Shown one piece after another: positions 13,501-28,500 of a DNA stretch of 64,000 nucleotides (positions are counted from its first letter, which is position 1; the number at the start of each line of letters is the position of its first letter). The notes under the pieces are model-generated. The model ran no database searches. It saw only the letters and a program-made list of their open reading frames with translations, and was not told the origin of the DNA. Origin of the DNA: Catajapyx aquilonaris (lineage: Eukaryota); contig KZ538030.1 of NCBI GenBank assembly GCA_000934665.2, positions 1 through 64,000 on the forward strand, given 5' to 3'. A program made the position numbers and the translations under genes.

Positions 13501-16500
13501 AAATAATTATGGTCTTTTATGGGGTGAAAATACATAAATAAATATTGACACCTTTGAATTTTTATAGCTGAATGGAAATATTTTGAACAACAAGGGTGTA
13601 AAAACTGTTTTAACATTATAAACTTTATTTTAACACGAAACGGTAAAAATTTTGGCCATATATTAAATTTCCAGGAATTATTTTGAATATTTCCATTTTG
13701 CTTGAGATTATGGTTTCGTTTAAGGTTATAGGGTGATTTATGAAATCAAATTCGATTAACAAGGTCTGTGGTTTTCGCGTTACTCGATGTCGAGAGCCGC
13801 ATTTTGGTTGAAATTTGGCAACACTCCATGGGCTAATTTCAATTTCAGACAAGAACGCGCATTTTGCATGAGGCTAATTAAATGGCAGAAAATTTCGCTG
13901 GCCAATTACTGGCATTTTAATTACACTGGTTGGAGGGTGGGAACCTCGATCGTCCAGAGCTCTTGATATAACCCAATAAAAGATGGTCCTTCCGTCCCAT
14001 TTTTTTTTCAGAGTTAGAACTATCACTCTACTAGAAAAGCAGATTTCGAAACGACCCATACAACATTGATATTTATGCCCTTATAGGAAACTAGCCCTCC
14101 TAAATTCAACTCTAGAGAAAATTCACTTTCATGCCACGAGCTGCAACCATCGAGTAATTTCAGTTTCAACACTCCCACGCCCAACACTTTTTTTTTTGGG
14201 GGGGGGGGTGGAGGTGGAGAAGAGCAATGTATATTTTCCATTACTATTCCTAGCTCTCTCATCCGTTCTATCGATTCGCGGCTGACACAGTTACATGCCA
14301 TTCAGACCCATGCGCTTCGACTTGCGCAAGATTTAATCTGAAAGTGTTGGCAAAAACTAGTATTTTTTTTACTACTACTCCACTAAAAGCTTTCCAGCAT
14401 TTTAAAGAGTTACACCAAGTTTTTGGGACACTTTCACAATGAATGGTTACGTCTGGAGTATAGTAGGATCTTGGCACAAACTGATGATCAGCTGAGTCTA
14501 GTCGATTGTACCCTTTTTTTACCTCCAAAAGTTTTCTGGCATGGAAGCCCTTTCACGGCTGGGGTACTCTACAATGTAACGTTGTCAGATTCTAAGATTT
14601 CTAACCGCACAACAACAATGGTGGGTGATGCTAGCAATCACCACCTTGTGCCAATTAATCGCCTGAAAAACTTTGGCAATAAAACCAGCTCCACCCCAAT
14701 TGTTCTCAATGATTTGTGTCCCTGACCCCACGGAATCTTCCATTCAAACCCGGAAAGCAAAGTGAATAAAAGTCATAAAGCACCTCCAGCTTTTGAACTT
14801 TCGACCAACTTTCTTGGTCGTCTGTCATCTGCTGGCAATGATGGCTCTGAGAGAGATCCAGGCTTCCCAAACTCTTTTCGCGTGCAACAATGTGCAATAA
14901 TTGCATTTTCCTAGTGCAAATTCGCTACCGGGGAGGATGGGTGACGGAAGCTTTGTTACCTTTATCTCAAGCCTTGAGGGAAGGATACGTCTTGGGAAGG
15001 GTTCAATAGCACCTTGCCAGCTTGGGCTGAAGGAAGAGATAGGCTCGGGCGAGGCCATTACTCTGCTCTGCCGGGCTCCGAAGCACTTTATCACTCCAGA
15101 GGCTCTAATGAGTATGATTACGGAAAGAGAAAATGTCCATTTATGACTCTGACTAGAGCAATTTATCCGAAAGACAGGCTCGTAATGGCGGACCGTTACG
15201 TCATGCGATATCTCTGGCCAATCAGAAATGCCGGGAGTTCAAGGACGCGTGATGACCAATCAGGATGCACCGTGACGTCACAGCAACGTCACCGCGACTT
15301 TACTGATAGGTCAAGGACTAAATGCAAATATGGCACAGCCAATGTGTCAATAGCCAACTACTTGATGAGGCAATTATTCACAGGATTACTCCCGTTTCAT
15401 AATTTATTTCCGGATTTCGCACCCACCAATTATTTATCTCCATGCAAATAAAACCTGCGACAAATCGAATCAGTATATTGACTGGCAGTTGATAAAACAG
15501 CTACTAAACTGGCCACAAGATTGCTCCAGTCATTACCACCACGCATTGTTGGAATACATTACTTTTCTTTTACGGCCCATCGAGGACAAGATCAGAAAAG
15601 GGCGGATCCTTTTTGCCATAACTCGACCAGTTTTTTCAGAGAATGACGAATGAACAATGGTGGAGACAAAGTAAAAGAGAGGATTTTGTGGCAGCAGCTG
15701 TTAACATTTTGAGGGTTGGAGTTGAAACGAGCCAAAGCCCCCAGAAGGGAATAGTGGTGCCAGGTCCTCTACTACGAGGGCAGCCAATCGAAATGGCTTC
15801 AAACATTCATGGGGGAGAGCCTTTGCTTGGTTGTTAACCCATGTGGAATTATCATGTATAATGAAGGAACGTGTCCTAGTGTATACTGCTTGCCACCCGC
15901 GTCCGGCAAATAGTATTCCTGGTATTTATTAGGCCCTTTCTTGTGGTGAGGGTCGTTTGCCTATGCCTCGTCTGTGCTGGGTATGTATAGGCGGGGCAAT
16001 ATATGGGCAAAAATGTTGCTTAGGTGCTGGAGAGCGAAAGGAGGCGTGATTTGGACCAAACATGGCGGCACCCGCATGGTGTGGCCTACCATACGAGTAC
16101 TTTATCAGCATTTGTTAGAGCTTTTGCTACAAAGTTCATGTACAGTATTTTGCTCGTCACTGTACGGACATATGCCCATTATAATTGTGCAAAATATTGT
16201 GGGGGTTAGTCCTGGTCCAAGTATGGTGACACCTGTATGATGTGGCCTACCACACTTCATCAGCATGACTCTGTGTTTATTCTCGTTGAATAAAAGTTTG
16301 TTGTTGTTCATTACTGTGGCCTATAACGAATAATAAGCTTTGTTGCACACATTCGTGTATAATAATTAATATTACATATGCGGGCTCCATTGCATTTATA
16401 GGGTCACTAGAAAACCCTCGCTTCGCTCACTGGGTGCGGGGGTGGGTAGGGAATTAACGATGCAGACCCTCCGGCAGACAGAGAACGAATGGATGGTTCC

Positions 16501-19500
16501 TCCTCTCACCCACCAGAGGCGCTCCCGCCACCCTCATTGCGCCTGCGCAGAAAGAGGGACAATCGGAAGCGTCGCAGTAACACTATACGGCGGACCAATC
16601 AGAAAGCCTAACCGTACAACATGAGTATGATCTTAATATTATAGATAGCTTATCTCAAGGCTTATCTGAATTACATTTTATTAATTATTACTTATTAAAT
16701 ATTATTATATTATTTGCATTTTATTTTTATTTGTGTACATTTGTTACGTTATTTTATAATTTTGTAAGTTGCCAAATTCCAACGAGAGTGGGCACTGCTA
16801 CCATCACCATCTAACTGTTAGGCACTGAACTATTTTGAGCCTTCAAGCCTGTCCGCAACATTGTGGGACACACTGTAAATTAGTCAATGAGCCCAAGGGG
16901 CCCAAGGGCATATGGTGCGCTCTTGCAAAGCAGACAACCCGCTTCAATAAAGAAAACCTTAATAATTTCCCAACGAATGTGTTGCAAAACCGGACATTTT
17001 CTCGCCACCTGCGAGAGACCAGTCGTTAATAATGAAAAGCGGACTGAATTCCCATGCTCTTGTAAAAGGACCGGGGGCGTGTCCGAATCTATTTTCAGCC
17101 AACCCCCCTCCCCCCCCTCTCTCTAGAGTAGAAACCTCGCCAGGAGAATATAGATCCGAAAGGTCAGAAGACTCTGAGACCATTAACAAAATTATCTAGC
17201 CAAGAATTGGACATTTTTTGGTACAAAAAATGCGGGTTTGAATATATTGTCCAACATATTAGGGTGTCTAACTAGGTTTTACTGCGTATGAGCCCCCCCC
17301 CCCCNAAAAAAAAAACCTCCAAAAATTCCAGTCCGCGTTCATGTCATGAGATGGATGCTTTTGTTATTCTGCGAAAGGTGGGGCTTCCATTAATGAATTT
17401 TTTTTTCCGGCCGTCATTTCAATTTGTTGTTGCTCTAGGGCTCCAATAAACAATGGATAGGTCGATGGGCCGATGCGCTGGCTCTTGTTTTCCTAATGGG
17501 CCGAATATTTTAAAGGCCAACAATGGACGAATTTTTGTGTGCAAATAATGCGTGTTAAGCCTGTACCCTCTGCTAATCCTGTCATTCTATCAGTATAGAT
17601 TCCAAAAACAAATAGCAATCCGATAAGAAGACAAAGGGTCATGCCAAGATCCAGCAACTGAAAATCGATGTGTGAATCGAGCCAGGTAGAGGTAATTTTC
17701 TCCCTAGACAAAATCTCCCGGAACTTTGCTTGTGACGGGAAGCGGGTATTGAATCCATCAATTACACAAAAGCCAGCTTCCACCCCGCCCGCCCCCCCCC
17801 CAAAAAAAAAAAAACTGCAGAAGGATTTTCCTCAGAAGCGAACCAAAATCCATATGCCCTATGGTCCCCCCTCCTCTCTAAAATGTTTATGTACAAATCC
17901 TAAATCGTTTTCCTGGATGTCAATTAATTTTAAAGGTTGATCCAGCAAAAGGTTTCCTTTGGGAATTGGTGTTAATTCCGCATCAAAAAAGTAGGGGGCG
18001 GGGTTTGTCAGGGGTCAATATTTGCATGGCATACTAATCGCTAAAAATAATACTGGAAGAGGGTGGGATGAATACAGAGCTAGAGAGAGAGAGAGATTTT
18101 GGGATGAAAATAAAACCCGAACTTAACTGGAAGACCTAGACAACAAAAGGTGGGATAGACCTTTATTACATTACCGCATTGTTTATCACTGCTATTAAAA
18201 CTGGGCATGAAATATTGGGTAATGATTCTGTCATTAGTTGGACAAGGGCTTACTTTTACAGCTGTGTTAATCTTGGTCTTTTGTGAACTCGAGGACAAAC
18301 TCATTTTGAGATCAAGAAATAACCGGATGAGAGTGTATATTCATCTGCAAGCCACAAGTTAAGTCCAGTAATTTTGTGGATATTTTTGGATTTAACATTA
18401 ACAATGAGCTAGAAAGAGCATACAAGTTGGCACACAATTTTGAATAATTTTAACAATGTTTCGACACTATTTTTGTAATATTTACACGTTGCATGCCCCA
18501 GGCGAATATGAGGGTTCAATTTTTTTAAACATTTCGGCCCTCCACCCGTGTATTGCAGGCCACACGCTGTTTACACTCCCATTATTCATGATTTGTCCCA
18601 GCATGTTATCAATCTTCTGACACAAATTTCGCCCTCCCCAGTTTTCGCACACCTCTGACATTTCCCCCAGTTCGATCAAAATTTCAGGTCATATCCCGTT
18701 GAACTATAAACTGATCAGGAGCATTCAACCAGCAGGTTAGATTGGAGACAATTAAATTTGTTAGCCTGGTAACCACGAACGACAGCTGGGTGCTTGTCCT
18801 CTCCAGTGTTTTTTTTTTTTTATTCCCCATGCCCACCAAAGATTCTAGACAGTCACGTGACAAAAAAACACACAATATTTTTGGTGTCAGCAAAATCAAC
18901 AAAATTTTTAAGGGCTCGTAAAGTGCTTGATATTCTGGGTGTCCAAGCTATAGATAGTGTGTGGTCAATAAGTGATAAAATTTCTAGCCCCTTTTTTTCC
19001 TACAGGTTCTATCAGAATTCTGGTGCTAGCCTGGATTTCAATTAGGAACGTGTTTCGAACTCTCTTTTTTTCCGGTGAGTCATTTGCTTAATTTCCTTGC
19101 CTCTCGTCGCATCAATCGGAATTTGCTTCCTAATTGAAGGATTGTTCGTTAGCAAGTGATTTTCTTTGAGGTTCATTTATTTTTAAGGGTTCTTTTGTTA
19201 GATGGTTTCCTAAAGCTAAGGATCGATTTTGGCTGCAAATATGCGATAGTAATAATAATAATAATAATAATGGATACCCCGTGATAGGCCCCTTGGGCCT
19301 CTTAGGGGATCATCTTTTGAATATCCGACTTTAATCATTTGCCTGTAATGTGATGGATTTTGATTGCGGGAGGAAACGGGAGAACCCCGAGAAAACCCAC
19401 GCGAACACGGAGAGAACCCATCGAAACTCTATCCACATAAGTATCCTCCGTCCGACCCGGGGATCGAACTCGGGACCTTAGAGGTGGAAGGCTGCGGCGC

Positions 19501-22500
19501 TAACCACTCGGCCACCGTGTCGCCCCTAATATGCGATAGTACAGTACATCCTAGTACAGGAATATTGCGTAGAATCTGACTCAATTAATTATGAAATGTG
19601 CCATTTTTTTGTAGAATCTCGCTCGATAAATGCAAAGCTCGTACCTGGTGCCAATATGAAACGACTCATTTAACATGCATATTCATATTGGTATAAAAAA
19701 ATATTAAATGAGGGGGTCGCACGATTGTAATGTTGAATAATGAACGGTGCTCTGATGTAATTGTGCAGAGTGTGCACTCTAATAACTCAACGCATCAGTT
19801 AGTCTACAGATATTAATGTTACGGTTGAATCTCGAGTTCAATCATGTCGCCAAGTTTAATCACTCTGTCCATATGTCCATTTAATTAAGTGCAAGCTTTC
19901 CGACCTTCATACTTTATAAAGTGACTGCTTTTACACATAATTATGACACTCCTAATACTCTCCATTCTCCATTATTCGTAAGAGAAAAACCTTTTTCGGC
20001 ATAACTGAAAAATGTCTCTTACGAAATGGAAATAAATAGCTAACAAGAGTCGTGTAGAATATGTACTATCCTCGCTAGAAATTTCCGGACACTGTCAACC
20101 CTGCAGTTTCTACATTCATCTCAGAACGACCCTTTTCCTTGTTACCGGAATGCGACTTCTCCCTCTTGAAGTGTTCCTGAACTTAGACCTTGTATTTCGA
20201 GAGCTGCTTTGGGACACATAAGAAAGTTTCTCCCATGGGACTAGCACTGTACACGGGTACCATGTAGCTTTCATTGCAATGAAACACCCCGGGGAGGAAA
20301 AAAAACCTTGCACAAGTCCTAAACCAGAGATGGCGCCTAGGTTCAAAGAGTGTGAAAGAGTAAACGGTGCACCGTCCATTGAACAAGCCAAACAATCCTG
20401 TCTGTTTACAAACCCCTGGATTCCATTATTTCCGACGTCAAAGAGCTAGTCAAAGTGCAAACATTGCAGTCTATGGAAGGGTAGGACTAAAGATGGCGTC
20501 CGGTTGCATCGCTGTAGTTCACTTTAGGAAGCCGGCTTCGTAAAGCAAACACTTTTCGAGGCCTAAGCATGAAAGACGATGTGGATCAAGCTCTAATAGA
20601 ACCTAGCAAATGAGCTACTTGGAAGCGTCTTTCATTACATGGCAGCCATGTTGGGACGCTCTCGAAAGAGACGCGCCATCTATGTTATAAATTTAGTACT
20701 ATTTGGACAGTTTGCTACCAGGAGTTCATAAACTAAAAGGTAAAATGTAATCTCACCCTCTTCTGACGACTGCAGCTGCCGTTGCCGGCTGCGGCGGCGT
20801 CTCCTCCTGTTCTATCTGCTGCGCTTTGGCCATCACGCTTTCGATCATGGCCCTTTCCTCCGCGCTCAGGTGACTCAAATCCACATCAGGCATGGGCGGA
20901 CCTCCTGTAAAAACACACAGAAAAAAACCCACCCGCCATTTGAAGATCAGGGTAATTTGCAGACTGGTATACCACACCAGTATTGATCTAAAAGCTAGGG
21001 AGTGCATGGGGGGGGGGGGCTGTAGGTGGAGAAAATCTGGCCAACTTATAGATTGCATGCATTTTGATAGGGGAGTAATTGCAATAGTGTTGTTGACAGT
21101 CTCTAGGATGTTGAATATTGAGGGGTTAATCCCTGAGCAATTTTGACCTACGGTTGCGGTCCATGTGTGGCTATTTCAAAATCTGTTTGATCAACAACCT
21201 TGTTTATGCACTAGACTCATGGAATGAGGCGATACACCACATGTTGAATATTGGATTTGTCTGACACCTTCTACGCAGTGGATGGTCTGCCATAATAATT
21301 TATCTCCAACTTTTGTTATTGGAGTCCTGTAATTTCATTACCTCAAGATTGACCTGGCCCAGAAGCAAATATGTCACAGATAGAGTGCCAATGAGGCTTG
21401 CAAACACATAAAAGCATGGGAGGTGAATCCAGGGGATAGGGGCCGAGGGATGCGCCAATCGATTGCCAATAAGCGCGCTTCGCTGCAGCATCCATTCCTT
21501 TAGGTCTGCCTGTACAGCTATATAGGTGCCCTAAATGAAATTGAACTACAACTACGTTCTAATGGGGGGGTTTATCGACCCCCTGCACCACCAACACGTT
21601 TTTGTACAAAATTAGGGTCATTGAGAAATCTGAATCCAATCCGACCCTTTTTTGCAGTGTCAATATTATGAGCAGTGATAATGAGAACTGAGAGAGAATT
21701 GAAGGGCTTTTGTTTGCTATCCGCAGTTGCATATGCCGAGTGGTTTAATTTAATAGCGTTTGGGTGCAAAATGTACTCTGCATGCTAATCCGTTGGCGGA
21801 ATATGTAGTCACATTTTACGCATCGTGTGTGCCCGGAGTAATTGCTTGAAAGTAACTTAGACTCTCTGAGGGTTTTAAATTATGGGACGTAGCTAATGAA
21901 GCGAAGGAAAGCGGGTGGTCCAGAACTCTATATACTGTTTTAGAAAGTTTTTTTAAAATTGCTTGTGGAAACTTGTTATTTTCAAGCCAGCAGTCGCCGT
22001 ATTTACTAATTGGTACACTTTATAGTCATGATGCTTTTTAAAAAATAATTTATTCCATGTTTTACAACTCTTCATTTTCAAACTGTATGTCTCTATAATG
22101 ATTTTTCAGTTTTATGCAAATTAATAGCGATATTTCCTTCCACGATGTATCGATATTGATGGGAGACGTATAGGGCATCACGATTGGTTAGATGTGACGT
22201 CATTGGTGGTGATTGGCTGTGGATCCTTCTAACTCCTCCCACTTCTTCGGACAGTCAATTTTTTCTTTTATACATATAGATTTCCGCATTAAATGCTTGA
22301 TGATAAAACTGTAAATTAGTTATATGCATATATTCTTATGAGTCATACTCCGATGTCGTAACAAACATTATCATATTTATGCAAGGCTGTCGAGAACGCA
22401 GTTATTTAAACTGCACTGTTGGCAGCTACCATTAAGATCACTTGATTTGAATCACATTATCACTCAAGATCCCTTCTACCACATAAATCTACTCACTTTA

Positions 22501-25500
22501 AACTGTTACAAACTGTACAGCATGTCGATGGCAACTTGGAAAAAGCCGGTCATGGACTTTTAACAACACCGAGGCTCATTTCCTCCTCAAGAGTGGTGGG
22601 GAACCCATCGTTGTCAAAAAGATGAGCTGTATCCGCCATCTACTCTGATTTCATCTTTAAGCTCATCCTTACCACCGCCGTAGAAAGATCCTGAAACTCC
22701 GAAGGAGATCCTATATCGACAGAGCAAACACCACATCGATTCCGGAAGAAAAAAGCTCCTGAGAGAGGTGTTTGGAAGAAGAAAAAGCCACAGACCAAAT
22801 TGTAAATGTGGGGGAAAAAAAGAAGAGGAAGAAGCAGAGGGCGGACATTTCGATGGTCTTCCTATGGGCCTGGGTGGCGGATGACCACTCCTCTCTTGTG
22901 TCCAGACCATCATTATTCCAGAAGGTTTTTGGGGGTAGCTGGCTTTACTCACGCTAGTGGAATCGTGCATCATTCATGCTCAGGAATGGACATATTTTGC
23001 CCATTCCAGGGGGAGGTTAGGATCAATGTCCAGCTGGCGGGATATTGGGGGCGGAATAATGCAGAGGGGGGGGGGGGCGAACTTGTAGCCTGGAGGGGGA
23101 CATAAAAAGCATGATGGGGATGTCATGTGAGGGAGCCTTGCTTATATTAATCCGGATCGAAGATGAAGGAATATTGGTGTCTGAGGAATGTTGCTGTTGC
23201 TTGGGAAACACTGTCCAAGTTTACAGTTCAATAGGAGAGTATGGATTGCTTACCCCAAAAAACCTGGTTGTTCTATGTGTGAAGTGTACATTTTAGTTTC
23301 TAGTTGGCTCATCTAAAAAACACTAGTTGTTATTAACTCAAACCACTGCGTCAGCAGTACTGTACAGTGCTCCATATACGCACATATCCTGAGGCAGCTT
23401 GTGCTCTGGTTTACTTTATGTCGAGTTATGTGATTTTTAAATAGTCAACATTAGCCCGGATGCGGGAAAACGATTGTGAGAAAATGTGAAATCACAATGT
23501 TGTTTTTAAGTCAAGTGTACAATCATGTGAATATGTACATATGCAGGTATACAACTGGGAGTGGCTTTCCACACTAATTATGGTATAATGAACATTAATA
23601 TGCGGTGTAACAAGAGTGACACTGTGTTAAATCATGTATTAATTTCATAGCGTTGAAGTACACTGCAGGTCAAATGCAATTCAAAATATTTAATATCAAA
23701 TCAATGTTTGTAATTGTGTTTCCCAGACCGCATTGTCAAATCCAGATTCAATCTGAAATACACGTTTTCACTTGACCTACTACAATGGAAGTAATTGTTC
23801 AATTATACTATGCAGTGATGATGTAGAAAATTTGCTGTGTGCTCTTAAGCGATCCAGCATAATATTACAACTATGCTAGTTTAGCCAGTAAAGCACAACA
23901 ATTGAGTTCAGCATAAAATTAACAATTTAACACATTTATTTAAATGCAATGAGTAATTATCATGTAACGACATAACTTTAGATGAGTAAGCTTCAAATGA
24001 AACACTGTTGCCACTTTTCAACATTATATTGTGCTAAGAATTTTACACTCTTGAGTATGAGGCAAATGCTTATGAAAATATTAATTAATCATTAATATAA
24101 TCATGCCACCTATCTCCTTCATCATGTACCTGGCCCACAAGTTGACATATACTTGAACTACTGCAATAAACCAAAAATGTACTGTATATAATATAAAAAT
24201 GAATTTTGGTGAAATTTGCAATAAGAGGCTAGAATTCACCATTCATATGAACAAAGGTCCTCAAACCAAAGAAGTTTCAATTTTGGTGCCATGTTGCCTG
24301 ACATTTCCTTCCAGCATCGTATATGTACCGCTTTCATGCACCTGGAGAAATTGCCTCATGCATATCGCAGTCAAGTCAAGCACTGCAGCTTACAGCCCTC
24401 GTCTCTGCTGCGGTTTTTGTCAGCAGGGCCTCAGAAAGCCTCTGGTAATACCGAAGAGTAGCCAACCCAGAGAGAGAGAGAGAGAGAGAGAGAGCTGCTT
24501 CCTATTCATCATTCCACACAAACTCTGTCAATTTACAAGTTCGAGAAAGCAGAGGAGGCTTTTATCCTCCCATTCGCATTAACACTCTTTTCTTGAGCCT
24601 CCCACCGACCAACAAGCCCATACAAATAATCGAGTTCTCTTTGGTTTCCCCTTTCACACAGTCGAGCCCAAGTTGGGAGTGAAAGACTAGTCCGCCGAGG
24701 CATGCAGTCGAACTATATATACAGAAAGGAAGGTTCTATATCCCCCCCCCCTCCATTCCCTTCAAACCAACTCTACAAAAGACCACACTAATTCCAATGG
24801 GACCACGCTTTTCGGGGGGGGGGGGGGGCAGTGGTTCGATCGCCTTTCTCTCATTCCGCATGCCTTCTGAACGAAATTATTCATACCGCNCCCCCCCCCC
24901 CTTTGACCATTGTTGGAGGGCGTTGTGCGGTTTGTGTACCGGGCTGGATTATTATAGGAAGGGAGGGCAAGACTTTTAAATTTTTTTTGAAGCCGGATTT
25001 GCTTGGGATTGAGAGATTATTCAGATGCATGTCAATCGTGTTTGTATGGATTTATTTTGGATAGGTTTTGGGCAGACCTGACATAGATATAGTCTAAGAT
25101 TGCAGCAGAAATACCTCTCAATCAATCAAGAATGCGGCTGAAAGTGGCTACAAGAATGAATAATTTAAATAATGTAAAAATAAATACTGTGAATTACCTA
25201 CGGAAAATAATTGTTAACATACACAACTTGTAGCCTAATTTAAAATTTTTGTTTAATATTTATGTTTTATTACTTTTTTATTTATGTTCATGTTTACATT
25301 AATTTTATTGCATTATTCAATTGCCGTGCAATTTTTACGATATTAATTTTAGTTTTTAAGTTTATTTTTTTGCATCATACCACGTCATGCAACTTTATAA
25401 ACAACACTTTCTTATCAATATTTTTAAAAACTCAATAAATCAATGGCTTTATTTTATTTAAGTTGGTCGGCCTGCAGCAACGACCACTTTGCCGACCAAA

Positions 25501-28500
25501 TACAAGTCCCCATTCACAATTTCAAATTATTAAATATGCAGGAAATTATTGAATATTTATTTATTTAGCCCCAAAATATATTAATGAATATTAAATATGC
25601 AGGAAATTATTGAATATTTATTTATTTAGCCCCAAAATTAATGAATATTAAATATGCAGGAAATATTGTTATTATATTAAAAATTACTTAAAAAGTACAG
25701 TGCATGCTCTTTCGTGATTGGCTAGAAATTCATGCCCCTCCGTACTTCCTCTGCAGTCTCAGTCTATATGCTTCATGCATATTAATAACCTTACGTAAGT
25801 TCATTATGACAGTACAGTAGCAGATATGAAGGAGTAACTGGATTCTTTGCAGTGATGCCAAATTGGTCCGGTATTTTTCCCAATTTATTCAGGCACGGGA
25901 ATTGACCCGGATCTATTTTTAAACCAACCAATTACGCTCTCCCTTTAGAGATCATAAATATTTCAACTGTTAGGAATACAGCCCATGTTCGGAGTCAATC
26001 ACGCAGCGAAACACGTATAAAAAAAAGGTCAAGGGACTCTTTTGACATTGCACAAGACGACACCTTCCAGCGAGACTAATATAATTTCTGGAAGCCCTAG
26101 ATATAGTCTTTATTCCCTGGAGAGAACCAGTCGGGTCTGGCTCTTTTTTTTGTCACGACTTTTCATCATGCTTGGATGTCCAATAGTTTTCGGTCCATCG
26201 GAAATCCAGGTGGAGAAAACCCGCTATTGAATATCGCATTAACGGTATTTTTTTCACCCGATTGACAACAAGCCTATCATTTGAGTGCACAAAGCTGTTC
26301 CGTTAACGCTTAATACCGAATGAGTTATTGGCTGAATTTCTATAACGGAAATGATCTATTGCTAGTATTTTAGACTAATTAGCCAATTTAGCAGCTCATA
26401 CTGGAGAAAATTGTATCAATAAATTTCGTATTATGTGGACATCAGTCTTGTACAGTAGCCACATTATAAATGGGGCGGTGTAAAATTTATATCCTGCCAT
26501 ACAATACTTACAGTATTACGGACATTGAGACATGCCTGAAATAAGTTGAGAAAAAAAGTGGAGTAAAAGGACAAAAATATTTCATCCTGGCTTGTATGCA
26601 ACCGCACCCTTGTATCACGGAGAGTACACCCTACAGGCGCACAGAAAATCCAAGGACATTACGATGTACAGTACAGTGTGTACCATAAATCACCTGTAGG
26701 AGCACTACAACTAATCCAAGCGCTGAATATAATTAACCTTTCAAGTTATTTTCATACTGGTTAGTATGCAGCCTTGACATAACCTGCATGCGCACATAAC
26801 TATATGTACATAACTGTATTCTTATTATGTATAGTACACCATTATTCATGAGATGTAGGGTTGCGAAATAATTACAGCGCTTTATCTTTGACATTTGAAC
26901 AAATACTACAGTTCACGTAAAGGCTCGCGTTTCGCAACGACTCTTTTATGCCACCATATTCTGCGTACATAGCTAGGAACATATACAGAGAGAATTAATT
27001 CAAGAGTGCTAGAGTCAACACTAAGCGGACTAGAGCGTTAATAACTCTTTTAACATACAGTCGCCTCCTTTCTGGATTATTGAGAAAGCGTCACTTGCAT
27101 AATCTCTGCAGTATGTAAGCAATTGAAGAGGTGAAGGTTAATGGCTGAAGTTAATGAAACAGCCCCAATGAGCGGAAAGAAAATATTTATTTTAACCATT
27201 CCAGCATCTTTTAACTCCAATTTATATACATCATTACCTACTTAATGTTGGTGTGAATTATAGCACTAAATATTGTTCATATAATCTCCTGCCCCGGAAG
27301 CATTCCCCATTTCTCATCATTACAAAACGCACATTTTAAAACAGCCAACGTTGACTTTGCACGACACCTCGTCTCACATGCTATGTACACAATTTCCCTC
27401 ACAGTTGGACAAACCAGACAAAAATGATTCCTCCTGCACAACTAATCCTCTAAGCGCCTCCGTCCGAATTTATATTCCTGTATTTCTTTTTTAAGGTTCC
27501 GGGTCCTGCTTCCCCCGGATTATTCCAAACCGCCTTACGCCTGAATAGCAATGTTTACTGGAGATTACAGCCTAAAGAGTGATGCCCATTTTTCTCCCAG
27601 GCTCACACATAGCCTATATGATGACTGCATTGCAGTCTCTCCTCTCTATATATGACGGCACGCTGTAGGAATAAGCATGAGGGTAAATCCGGGTTGTGAG
27701 AATCTTTTCTCCGGTGTTTCTTCTCCGTGTTAGTATGCACCTCGTACGTGCCACAGGCCCTTTCCCAAAGGCCATTTGTTTCAGCAAAAGCACGGTATTT
27801 GGGCTTTCTGTTTCAAATTCTTGCAAGGTCTACCCCTCTTTGAAAATGTGATGATGTTATCCTCTATGGAGAAAATGTCAGATTTTGTGAACAGCAAGTG
27901 ATATTGGCGAAATGTTTCAGTGTGCATTCTTTTTCCTCTGGAGACGCTGCAGAAAATTCCCCTCTTGCCGTCTCTTTTGTTAGGATTAAATGCCAAAAAG
28001 TTTGCTTGGCAACAAAAAAAAAACTGGATGCAAAAGTTCCTGCGACGGGTTTAATTACGCTGGATGTATATACCCGAGAGAGAGCCTGGGCCTTCCATAA
28101 ATAAGCAAATACTGTAATCTCTCAGGTGGCCCTCCCACTTGTTCAATGCATTATATGGAAATTTTTGACAGTGTGTGAACCTAATCCACTTACAGTATCG
28201 AGGTTGTACAGTGTACACTAAGCTTCTTTTTCATCCTGGAAATAGACTGATTGCTCTGAGGATAAGGAATAGTTGCCGGATAAAACCATGTCATGTAACC
28301 AATTTTATGAGGTAAAGACCTGCAATGCAGAAAAAAATTTTTTCTCTAAATTTGTAGTGGCCGAACAGATATTTATGAACAATTCATCCCATAAGGAAAA
28401 ATTCAATCCTATCTTAAAATCAGTTACATTGTTACACCAAGCAGTGAATCATGAACGAACTCTGCTGAAACAAACTGTAATTCATATCGCATGTAAAGTT

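Noticed and set aside
19452..19527. tRNA gene
   Set aside because: The A and B boxes are the head of a SINE with a tail and TSD, not a standalone tRNA.
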